From Auanema rhodensis (Eukaryota; Animalia; Nematoda): 64,000 nt of DNA. The stretch is from positions 14,074,001 to 14,138,000 of the forward strand of contig OZ059896.1 in the NCBI GenBank assembly GCA_964057225.1. The letters run 5' to 3'. The translations under genes were made by a program, and so were the position numbers. Below the pieces are notes generated by a model, which saw only the letters and a program-made list of their open reading frames with translations, was not told the origin of the DNA and made no database searches. How positions within the stretch are numbered: position 1 is the stretch's first letter; each line of letters begins with the position of its first letter. Of the stretch, positions 52,364 to 64,000 are shown one piece after another.

Positions 52364-55300
52364 ATGATGAAGTCGAGGTCATGGTTTATTTCCATCGTCT
52401 TCTTACTGACCTCGCCGTTAGCTCGAATGCAAGAATTTCCAATTTTGAATGCTCTTGATCAAACACAGCTTGTTGTATCTAATCATGCACCCGTCCTGCA
52501 GGTAATAACTCCAATAATCAAATCTATTAAAACTATGTTGTCTTCAGGTCTCATCACGGGAAGGCTATTTGCCTGAAACAGCCGGAATAGGATATACCGT
52601 GCTTGTCTCTCCTAACCCCCAGTCAGAATCTCTTCAAATTCTAGTTAACGACGACGATCTACAGCCTGGAATGCCTCCTGCAACATACCAATACATTCTC
52701 ACTGGTCTTGGGGCTACCATATTTGCGGTTGACCAAAGAGGCTTCGTCTATTTGAATGTTCCAAACATTGATGCTGACCCACCTAACCCGTCGACGTACC
52801 AGCTTAATGTAAGTTCAATATTTCCAGCTTTCTGAAATGAAAAGAAAATCTGTTCAGGTACAAGCTCGTGAAGTAGATACCATGCCTATTCGAAGCAGTG
52901 AGCCTGTCTCAATCACAATTCATATAATGGATTCGAACGATAATTCTCCGCAATTTGAGCAGGCAATCTATACAGCAAATACAACAGCATACGGAGGAGA
53001 AAGACCAATTGTTATGGTATGTAAGCTTCTTTTGTTCTTTAACTATACGAAATTTAACTAAATCATTCATATGTATATAGGCTCTTCTTCTACACAAAAT
53101 ATATTTCAGGTAGTAGCCACTGATGCAGATTCTGGAGCATATGGTGAAATTACTTATCGAATTAGTCAAGTCACTAATGCTCCTGAAGATTCGTTTTACT
53201 ATGATTCAGCTACCAACATGCTTTTTGCCACAACAAACTTAGTTCCAGGAGAGAGATATCAGGTAAACCGGAACAGAATTTTTCATATCTTGGTAATTTC
53301 ACATAATTTGTTCAGGTTGTTATTAATGCAACAGATGGTGGTGATCGTTCTTCTCAAGCTATCGTCATTGTCTTGGCTATTGATCCCAATAATCAAGCGA
53401 AGTTTGCACCTAACTTACCTGGGATGGAAACTTTCATGCCTCATCCATCACAAGTTACTATGACGACGCCCATGGCATCAAACAGTATTGGTAAGATTTT
53501 CTTTTAATTTTTAAAAATTTTGGCAAAACTTGTTCTTTAATCACCCCGTTTCCACGCATTTCAAATTTAATTTTTAAAAAAATTATCTCAAAGATATATA
53601 TTTTCAGAACAAGAAGAAACAATTCAAACATTTGTAACCGAAGTATCTGAGAATACACCACCAAATACAATTGTTATAACTCTTAGTGAAGATACAGGCA
53701 ATAACCACTTTTATTATACAATCGTTGGTGGTAATGAGGATAATAGATTCAGTATTGATTCACAAACGTAAAATTTTTTTTTCATTTCTGATCAAAAAAT
53801 ATTCAAATGACTTTTAGGGGAACAATTCGAACAGCTGATGAACTTGACCGTGAGAGAACAGCTATGTATTCGTTACAAGTAGAGACACGTAGCCGAAATC
53901 CTGATCAGCATCTATATTGGACTCTTGTTCAAATTAGTGTTTTGGTATGTGTTTGACAGAAAAATAAGTATTTGAATATAAATTTTTAGGATGTTAATGA
54001 TAATTCTCCAATATTCATTGGACAACAACCAATCCGATTCAGTAAAAGTATTGATGAATTGGATGAGCTAGTTGCCAACATGCAAATTGGACGAGTTGAA
54101 GTTGAAGATTTAGATTCTGATGATAATGGACGTCTAGAATTGCGTATAGCTCCTCCTATGAACCGGTAACACTTTGAATCTCTTTCCCATAACTCTCATT
54201 ATATTTTAGACTCTTTACCATCTCAGCTGATGGTGTCGTTTCTGTTTCTGGAGACTTTACAGCTGCACACTTCGGTGAACATCGACTATTTGTTGTTGCT
54301 CGTGATCATGGTGAACCATTCCGTGAAACAAAGGCTGAAGTCATTATTAATATCTTTGGAACTTTGATTACAATGGCAACTGTAGCACCAACGGTGTGTC
54401 TATCAAGCTATTCTGAAAAACATTTACTGGTGTTTTTCAGAATGAAATTTTCGAATATACAACATCAATTGAAGAAGAATCTCCAACTCGACCTGATGAT
54501 TACCTCCAGTCTATTACTAGTCAACCTCCTACTCTTCATCAAACAAGTAGAAATTTTGTTTTATTAGTTTCATTTTTCAGCGCTCTTTTCAGCTTTCTCT
54601 TCCTTCCCCGACCCATCTCCTGAACCAGCTCCACCAACTTTACTTCCACAGTTCCCATCTGTTGAATTACCAACTGGTCAAGACAAGGTTCAGTTAAAAT
54701 TTAAAAAGAATCCTACGATCACCTTACAAAGCTCACCTTTGCTTTTCAATTTGTGCTCACCTAGTACTCATGTGTTTTTGCATTACCTTTTGATAGAAAA
54801 ATCACAAAAAATGTCTTAAAAGCCGCCAGTTGCAATGGTTTCATCTCAGACGAGCGAAGATTACGATCAACCAACATCAGAAGAAATGCAATCAACGTTA
54901 ACAGATACACTTGCAACACTTAGTCCCAATGCTTTCAATACTCTACCTTCTTCGCCAACAACATCTTATACTTCATCATCACAGGAAAATCCTTCAACCG
55001 AAAATCAACAGGTATTTGCTCAAGCCTCAACTGCTAGTACGGAAGTCCAATCGTCTGAGACGGTGTCAACTGACTTGACATCATCTGAAGATTACGAAAC
55101 TGTATCAAGTTTGGTGTTACCTGCATCCAAGACAAGCACAACTATACTGTCTTCTTCCACAACATCCATCATTACCACAACCTCTACCACAACCACCAAA
55201 GCACCCAGCAGCACGGAGTATATAACATCCACAGAGGTTTTACATTTTTTTATTTCTGAATTGTAACGAAGGAGAGAAAAAAGCCTCAAATTGTGGTTAT

Positions 55301-58300
55301 ACTTAGTTGTTTTTGATACCAGAAAAAACATATATGCATGATATTTCCCGTAAATGTTATAGTTTGAATGTCCTAAATTTGCATGTAAATTCATAGAAGA
55401 TTGTAGTCTGCTGTGAGAATAATGTTTGTAAACTTTCCAAACAAATATCACCACTGTTATTGGGGAAATTCAGAATATTGTGCATGATTTCATATGTTAA
55501 AACATATAATTTATAAATAATCTTCATATTTAGGCTAATAATCGTCTGGCTCCAATATTCAATCCAGCTCAAATCAGCGTTCATGTTGATGAGAATAAAG
55601 CTGAAATAGAGATAGCCAGAGTTTGTGTAATAACAAAAAGAAATATATCAGACATGCATTTAGGTACATGCTTCATATTTGGATGGCCGATCTGGACCCA
55701 TATCATATGTACTTCAAAAAGGAGATCCATCTATATTCGCGTATGTTTTACAATTTGACTAAATGAGAACACACTAAATAATAAATATTTTGTTTAAAAA
55801 AAAGATTTTTTCAGAGTTTCATCATTTTCTGGATCAATTATTCTATTGAAGCCGTTAGATGCTGAAAAGGATACATCATATCAAATTCAAGTTTCTACTG
55901 TTCAAGTAATTGAAGATGCAATCAATATTTCAAGAAAAATTATATCTTTAGGCTTCACAGATGATGGTTGATCCATCTCAAGCGCATTTTGTTACTATTA
56001 CTGTTCATATAGAAGATGTTAATGATTGGATTCCTGCGTTTGAAATGGGAAATGAGCATTTCACTGTACCAGAAAATACTATTCCCGGCCAAATCGTTGG
56101 ACAAGTATCAGCATTTGATCAAGATAGACAGGTAAAATATATTTTTAAAAAACTAATTTTCAAAATAAAAAAAATAAAAATAGTCTTAGCTAGAAAATAA
56201 TTTTAACTTGAATCAGCGTCCTAAGCTTCATTTGCATATCTATGTGAGCTAGTCTCGCGCGTGTATTTACGAGCACAAAAGCTGATTAGCATACTGGTTA
56301 CCGTTCACGTGAAGTTGACGTAACATCAGCTCTTCCGGTGATTCAGTGAGGCCTGATGCAGACGCACAGAACGGTTGCATTCCGCTGTGCGCTCATCAAG
56401 AGACTTAACAGTCCACCAGGCCTAATTAGAACCGAAATGAAACCTTCCCCAAAGGTGGGAGATCAAAACTTTGTCATTTTTCGTCAGATTTTTTTTATGT
56501 GTAATGTATGATTTTTTATTTAAACATAAATTAAATATATGAAATATAAATATACAATTCTTTTGTTTTATTTGTAAACAACTTTACTTACACATTCACA
56601 TTTTTGATTGCAGGACCCCAATAATCGTATTTACTATCGTCTTATATCTGCTGGAGGACTGGAATCTCATTTCAATATCAACCCAGATAATGGTATCATC
56701 ACTCTATCACGACCCATTGATGCTTTCTCCGGAAGAAAGATTACGGTATGACGCTTATAATAATCTTCAACTAAGTTTGTGAGTTTTAGCTTCGAATTGA
56801 AGCAACTGATGCAGGAACCCCACCACAATCTTCGCAAACAACAGTACTTGTTGAAGTTGTTCCAACCGCTTCACAAGTCATACCAGAAGGAACTCCCTTC
56901 TCTTCACGTCCAACAGAAGGATCACTCCAATTCAGTCTCCGTAACTATACGTATGTTTTAAGGAGAAAATATTAATTTAAGTTTTATTGTTCAGTGCATC
57001 TGTATCAGAAGCTGTTCGTCCACCTCATCTTGTTCAAGTTCTATCAATCAATAACAAACCAGCGGACACTCGTTTTATTATCTGTAATATTGTTAGCGGA
57101 AACTATAGAGGAGCATTTGGTATTGTTGCTGGAAATGACGGGAACTGTGAATTACGAACACAGATGGAATTGGATCGAGAAAGTGTTGAAAGGTATTTTG
57201 ATCACTTTTAAAACATTTAAAATAGTTTAAATTCGAATTTTAAAAAATAATACAAGCAAAAAAAATATAATACACTTTGAATTGTGATAATGAAAATTCG
57301 CAAATAAGTGTACCTCTTGAGAATTGAACCCGATAAAACTCTTTTCTGTCGTCTGCTAGTTAATACCTAACGGAAGGCCTAATAAAACATCAGGCTCCGC
57401 CCCCTACCGTAATCTTAAAACTTTTGGATGTTACATAAGGGCAAAATGGTATATTTTCAACAAATATGAATTGTTGTCTAATTCACTGAAATATACAAAG
57501 CTTATAGAAAAATGCTTACTTATTATTTTTCAGATATTTATTGAATGTAACTGTAACAGCAGGGGCTCAAACTGATTTTGCTCTCGTCTCAGTTACTGTT
57601 CTTGATGTTAATGATAATGTACCACGCTTTATTTATGATAATGATCTTGGATTATCAACATACTTTGCTGGAGTTTCATCTACAGCTCCAGCTTTCACTC
57701 GCATTTTGACTGTCAAGGCCGAAGATGCTGACATTGGAAATAGCAGTATTGTGAACTATGCTTTGGATACATTATCTGTTCAATCAAAATTCTTCAATAT
57801 TAACGCGTTTGGTGAGATTACTTTGAAGCAGAGTATGCATCAGATTCTTCAATACAATCGACTAACATCATTTGAAATTCGAGTAAGTTTTCATAACAGC
57901 TTGTTCTGGCAACTGCAAGAGCTCACGATCTTATTTTTAGGTTTCGGCTTGTGACTCGCCTATTTCTGGACAACAACTGTGTTCAAAGGCCGAAGTTGTT
58001 ATCAGTGTAATCACAGATGCCAATAGATTCAAGATGTTAACTGCTGGTTTAACTCAACATCAGCTTCAAGCACATGGAAAGGTCAGTTTTCAAAAACAAT
58101 TCTTTGAATTGTTTTCTAATGTATTCTTTATAGGATATGGTTCGTAGTTTAAGACAATTCACTGGAGCTTGTTCCTTGATCAATATTGAGAAAATGACAG
58201 ACGGACCTGTTATTGATACACAGGTAAGAATAAAATCTCAAATATGATATGATCACGTCACACATTTACAGCCACGAACTGAAATCTACTGGTATGCTGT

Positions 58301-60118
58301 TAACCCAACCACCAAAAAAATATGTAAGAAAGAGGAATACAAGTAAGATATTTGATTCAATTTCATATTATTTCAAATATCTTTCAGAAAATTATTTGAA
58401 AGTTCATCTGTCCAAATGGTCGCCGGAAAGGTTCAGCCATGGTTTAAACTTGAAAAGATATCAGACGATGCTGTTGAATATAATAATTTATCTCATTCAA
58501 ATGGCATATTCCCAGCAAATTGGAAAACAGCTAGCATTTGTAAGTCTTCTTATATTATTTATTTATTTATTATTTATATTGTAAAGCTAATAATCATAAT
58601 TATTCTAATTTTTAGTATTATTATCATTGGCTGTTGTTATTGCTATTGGATCAATTGTTGCTATTATAGCTGTATGTTATTGTTATACCAAATATAAGGT
58701 AAATTTAAAAAAAAAACTACTTTGTTATAAAAATATTTTCTATAATTTTAGGTCTCAGAACGAAATGTGCATGCATATAATCCACAAAGTTTTCAAAAAA
58801 CCATGGAACCTATCTATTTAGCTAATGGACCAATTGATAGTCGTTTTAATAAATTTTGTGAAACACAGGTAATGAATTATAATTGTAAAAATATATTTAA
58901 ATTATAATTTAGATGGTAGAAATGCATATATCAGATGAAGATTTAACAATGAAAAGTGGATCAGTAGGTGGACAAACACATCAACGTGGATACACGTATA
59001 GGTATGTAATATTTAAATATATTTGTTAATTATATATATAAAACTGAAGATTGAAACTCAAAAAAATTTAAATAAAGAACATTTAGGGATTATCCACGAC
59101 AACCAAGCTCTGGTTTTGAAGGAGATTTCAGCATTGAAGAGAATATGTATGCGATCAACACACCCGGTCGATTAGATCCAGTTACAAAGTAAGTTTAAAT
59201 CAAAATTAAAACAAAACTCTGTGTTTGGGTTAATTATAAGAAATAAATTGAAAAAAAAAACTTATTAATTGGAAAGATAATGAATTAAATGATATTTGAT
59301 AATCCATTTCCAGTCGCATAGTTACTACTGGAGCACCTCATCGTAGTAAGTTATAAATCACCCAAATAGCACACATACTATCGCTTCTCTCTATTTTTAA
59401 ATTTTAATAATATTTTTCTAAAGAAAAACACGAATTATTCAAAGAAGAAGAAAAATTTATTATTCAGTTGAATCATATTATGTTCACTTCTAACATTATT
59501 CAGCAATAATGTTTTAAATTATATTATTTTTCCTTTCAATTTAATAACTTTTAAAGTTTTTTTTCCAACAAATAGGCACAATCAAAATTTTTTTGATTTT
59601 TACCAACGAGAAGCAAGCTTCTATACATTCAGTATAGAAATGTTTCATTTCCTTTTATGTTTTCCTAAGTTTTTCCATCATTCTCCTATTCCAAAAATCT
59701 TTTCTACTTCACACCATCGAGCTAACTATATACGTATAGTATTTGAGAATTACTATATTGCATATGTATGTATATCGAAATATGTTTGTTTTTTCTAAGA
59801 AAAGACTTTAAAAAGTTCTAAAATCATCGATGTTTGTATGCCAGCTTAATCCAAGCAATGGTTAATGCAATCTTTTCCAACTTAATAGTAATGACAAATA
59901 TACAGATGGTTGTAGTAGAATTGAGCATGTTCATCCGAATCTATTTTTCAAATTCATTTCAGTTTATACTTTCCATATCTATCCCACTATCCTATCACAG
60001 CTTCTATCAATTTCATATAATTTTTATTTTCAGGCGGATACAGACATTAGTAATTCCGGCTCCTGACTATCCACCTCAGAGAACGGCCATGAATTACCAT
60101 AACAAGAGCATACTATAA
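52364..60118 (+). CDS. cdh-5: Non-classical cadherin, PCDH15/Cad99C-like (~8 EC repeats, Ser/Thr/Pro insert, membrane-adjacent domain, TM, PDZ-ligand tail); multi-exon
   Basis: Signal peptide [15 protein letters not shown]. Cadherin motifs [41 protein letters not shown]. Membrane-adjacent [12 protein letters not shown] resembles the PCDH15 MAD12 segment. TM at ~58616-58690. The symbol is tentative and from recall. Confidence 0.85.
56101..56492 (+). repeat. 392-bp local duplication, copy 1 (exon end, donor and structured intronic element)
   Basis: Collinear with 61077-61468 (offset 4976), no indels, 4 substitutions by eye (56189, 56408, 56410, 56416). Confidence 0.95.
56211..56481 (+). ncRNA. 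Candidate structured intronic ncRNA of unknown class, copy 1
   Basis: GC-rich island in an AT-rich intron. Nested complementary segments: AATCAGC/GCTGATT, GTTAC/GTAAC, AGGCC/GGCCT, TGATG/CATCA, CGCACAG/CTGTGCG, GACT/AGTC, CTTCCCC/GGTGGGAG. Ends in T-runs. Confidence 0.55.
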
Positions 60119-61076
60119 TTATAAATAGTATCACTTAATGCTACGGGATCCCTATCGACATGAGGGTGTTGTGCCAACCCCTCAGCCCATATTCGTTGTA
60201 GGACCAGCTGGTTATATAATTTATAAATTTCTTCAAATCTTTAATAATTCTCTTAATGCTTGATTCATCCAAAAGTCTCTCACAGCATCATCAGCTGTAA
60301 CTCACTTCACACAACCATACACCATATTGATTTGTTTTGTCTCTTCCTGATTGCATCTCATGATTACTGATCAACTAGATATATATATATATATATTTAT
60401 ATTCCAAATTTTATTTTTTTTATAAAAAAAAAGAAAATATATTCTTTTTGATCATAAATAACATAAATTTAAATCATTTGAATTACATTCAACGTCCATC
60501 GTCTAATATTTAATACTTGCTATAGGTTTGTTACTCATTCACAGCTCAAATCTAAGTCACAAGTTCTTTCACTAAAATTATTTTTTTTTGTTTCAAATAG
60601 TTATTTGAATAGATATGAATACATTCTTCTTTTCAAAACAAATGATATATACATATTAATGACAGGTTTTCAAATTCTTTTTTTTTTCTTTAAATAATCA
60701 TTTGTCTTCTTTTTCGAATTGAAATTTGATTTTGATAAAGCAAGTTATGTATATATTATAAATCAAATCGTTTTTCATATAATATAGTTCATTCATTGCT
60801 CAATTCAATTGTTTCCTTTCTTACCATATAGAGCTCATTTTTATATGATCACTTGATTCACCTATTTTTGAAGTTTATATATAATAGTAATCGTCCTATC
60901 CGGATGACTTATCAGCCCAGTAAGTATCATATACTGTTGTGACAATAAATTATTCAAATTTTAAATTAATTTTTATATTTTTAATCAAAATTATAATAAT
61001 AATTAAAATAATTTAGTTATATTACAAAGATATACATATATTATTATAAATATTAAAATGAAACCACAAATAATTA

Positions 61077-61468
61077 ACAAGTATCAGCATTTGATCAAGA
61101 TAGACAGGTAAAATATATTTTTAAAAAACTAATTTTCAAAATAAAAAAAATAAAAATAGTCTTAACTAGAAAATAATTTTAACTTGAATCAGCGTCCTAA
61201 GCTTCATTTGCATATCTATGTGAGCTAGTCTCGCGCGTGTATTTACGAGCACAAAAGCTGATTAGCATACTGGTTACCGTTCACGTGAAGTTGACGTAAC
61301 ATCAGCTCTTCCGGTGATTCAGTGAGGCCTGATGCAGACGCACAGAACGGTTGCATTCCGCTGTGCGCTCATCAAGAGACTTAGCGGTCCAACAGGCCTA
61401 ATTAGAACCGAAATGAAACCTTCCCCAAAGGTGGGAGATCAAAACTTTGTCATTTTTCGTCAGATTTT
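61077..61468 (+). repeat. 392-bp local duplication, copy 2 (intergenic)
   Basis: About 99% identical to 56101-56492; begins with 31 nt of cadherin coding sequence. Confidence 0.95.
61187..61457 (+). ncRNA. Candidate structured ncRNA, copy 2
   Basis: Same stems as copy 1. The three internal changes fall in a loop, a junction, or convert U-A to U-G. Confidence 0.45.
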
Positions 61469-61707
61469 CACATATTTTTTATTATCCCTTCTATAGTATT
61501 CTAAACATATTATTATTTGTATCGTTCTTGCTTTTACCTACAATTTTTCACTCAACTTTACGCTTTAAGCTTTCATATAAATATAGTTTAATTGAAATTT
61601 TCATTTATTATTTTATAAACTATTACATGTAAATGATAATTCAATTGTATATTTTATTATGTACAGAAACAATATATCAAATTATAAAACATTGAAAAAA
61701 CTTATGA

Positions 61708-63498
61708 TTATCCGTCTTGCATTAATCTTGATGTTGTATAAACATTCTGTATAAGTCCTTTTGCTCGTTCAACTAATCCATCAATATCATCACGATTTTT
61801 TACTTGCATCACCTGTAAAACAACCATAATCATCAATTTTCTTATATTTATTTCTCACTTTTCCTACTAATGTAACCATGGCAAAAGGTAAAAATCGTTC
61901 ATAAGCTTTTCGTATAAGATCAATAGTCATTGGCGATTCTCCTCCAGCAAATTGCGTAAAGTAATGATGATAACTATCCAATAATGAACTTGTACATTCC
62001 ATACGATCCTTAATTTCATTCATATTACTTATTTGTTGAAGAAAAACAATTACTTTGAGTGAAAGGTTCCAACAAATGGCTTTAGCTATATCTTCAGCAA
62101 AACATCCCGAATGACATTCTATTTAATAATTAGATAACCGTATATTCAATACTAATAACATTAGCAAAGTACCTGTCCAATCTATAATTCCGGAAACTTT
62201 TTCTTCGTTTCCTTCCATGTATGAAAAAACATTGTTGGCATATGGTTCACCTTGCACTAAAGTACGAGCAACTTGCAGTTCTTCAGCTGATTCAGTTGCC
62301 GTGCTGTGCAGATATTCCATCGTAAAGAATTTGCCTATATACTAAAAGAAGAAAAACATTTTATAGTAAAGAGAATGAAAAATAGTTTTACCACAAAACG
62401 TGAATGCTCCACATCATGACGTTCGAAGAAGTCCATTGTCTTATCAAAATTTCCAATCAGATGGGAATAGTATGATGGAGGTAAGTCAGCAATCTGAAGG
62501 CATCAATTCGTTTTCATTTACTCAATTTCATTTTCATTTTCGTAAAATGTGTGAAAATTCATTACGATAAAGTTTAACTAGATTCTCTAATATGCTTAGG
62601 CATTAAAGCTCACCAGCGTGGTCCAGGAAGTCTGCTTCATGGAAAAAGCATGAAGTTGAGCTAAATGTTTCAATAAATCCCGTACAAGTTCAACCTGTTC
62701 AAATGCCGTCATTAGTATCATCTAACTTTGAAGCATGAAAAATTTAAAAGTTCAACAACGTACCGAGCAACCTTTGAGAGCGTCCTGCTGTTGACCACGC
62801 TCTCCCATATCCTCCATAACTACGCAGCCACTTCCACCAGTTTCTTTGCTATGACGTTTGATATGAAATATTTTGGGAGCTGATATTTTTGAATGTTTTT
62901 GAGTCCATTCATAAACATTACATTCTCTAAAAAATGAATTTGAACCTTAACGGGACAACAAATAATTAAAAAAGTTCTAAGAAATATTTTTCATTTCCTT
63001 TTTCTAATTTATAAAAAAAGATTTTTAATGTTTTCGTAACAAATGCATATTCGGTCAAAGCTATTGAGTAAGTTTAAATAATAGTCTTAACTTAGTTATT
63101 GTATTGAGCAATAAGAAATATAAAGAAAAATAAAAGTAAAAATGAATAAAATTACCTTTTAAACATGATATAATGAAATTTTCCTTCCTCATCTTCTCGC
63201 TTTTCTTTTGAAACGGGCAACTTTAAGCAGACACTCTTAGGTAAATCATCATCTTCCCAGCCAAATGTAACTCGAATAACAGATGATGATGCATAATCTG
63301 AATGATAAAAAATGAAATTAACTATTAAAACATGAGCAAACCTTCATCCCAACTTGGACGATTTAACCTTTCAGTTATCCATTGAGGTTCTTCATCTATA
63401 ACTCTTCCTAACTTATCCGATATTCGTTGTAAAAGCCATTGAAGAGTAACATCAGTGCCACATAGATATTCACTACTTTCTTGAGTTTCACCTTCCAT
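61708..63498 (-). CDS. CHK kinase-like / DUF1679 (EcKinase-like small-molecule kinase fold) protein, probable pseudokinase; multi-exon
   Basis: LCGTDVTLQWL; SSVIRVTFGWEDDDLPKSVCLKLP; RECNVYEW; GCVVMEDM; LAQLHAFSM; TLVQGEPYANNVF; GIIDWT|ECHSGCFAEDIA; LLDSYH. ATG at 63498, TAA at 61708-61710. Confidence 0.87.
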
Positions 63499-64000
63499 TG
63501 ATCTATCACTATAACAAACAAACTTAATATTCAAATGAACTTTCTTATTTATTTTACATAACTAGAATTTGATTACATTCTAGAATGTAACATACATTTT
63601 AAACCAAAAGTAAAAAATATTAGAAAAGGTACAAGACCGGAAAAGAGCAATTCAGATGAAACTTCATTCACAGCTTCATACACACCTCAGAATTACGTCA
63701 TTTTCAACGCAAAAAAAAAGACATTTGCTTCTAAACTTCCTTTAACTCTCCCTCTCTCTTATTGGCTATCTTTCTTTCTCTCTCAATTCGATTTTTTGAA
63801 TTTTTCACTTCTTCAACTGCAATTCTTTCTCTTTTACTCGCCTTTAACTCGAAGAATTCACGAATTACGTTGTTCTTTCTACCTTTCTGCCTTTCTATAT
63901 CCTCCTTACTTTGTCGAAATATCAAATAGCTTTCACAACTTTTCTTTACTTCTTACCTATTTGCTTTTTTTAGATTCATATTTTGAAGAAAAAATAAAAC

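Noticed and set aside
56101-56492. Duplicated element as U1, U3, RNase P/MRP, SRP RNA, tRNA or Helitron
   Set aside because: Only isolated word matches (GTGAGGCCT, TTGCA loop, minus-strand TGATGA/CTGA). There is no ACTTACCTG, no P4 consensus pair, no cloverleaf and no hairpin+CTRR terminus at the boundary.
59345-59356. C-terminal SKL as a peroxisomal targeting signal
   Set aside because: The protein has a signal peptide and TM segment, so a PDZ ligand is the more plausible reading.

Overview
AT-rich eukaryotic DNA, almost certainly a nematode: many 36-60 nt GT..AG introns, TTTCAG/TTTTAG acceptors and acceptors directly before start codons. Reading by eye gives 11 multi-exon protein genes: FBXO7-like F-box (-), PUS7/TruD (-), ASPM (+), OTUD5 (-), a divergent CNG channel (+), a TWK/K2P channel (-), FAM149/xbx-4 with a perfect X-box (-), an SLC17 transporter (-), a small bHLH (-), a PCDH15/Cad99C-like cadherin (+) and a CHK-like (DUF1679) probable pseudokinase (-). 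There are also many (CT)n/(AG)n microsatellites. The most unusual items are: (i) a ~270-nt GC-rich, extensively base-paired element in a cadherin intron, duplicated 5 kb downstream, with an arrangement loosely like telomerase RNA (unproven); (ii) a ~320-aa block of 12-residue E/R repeats, a predicted single alpha helix, inside the IQ array of ASPM; (iii) alternative cadherin tails ending in S-x-L PDZ ligands, one with a PxxDY motif; (iv) four acceptor-headed small-ORF islands downstream of the F-box gene. Gene models and family calls come from manual reading and recalled motifs; no searches were run.
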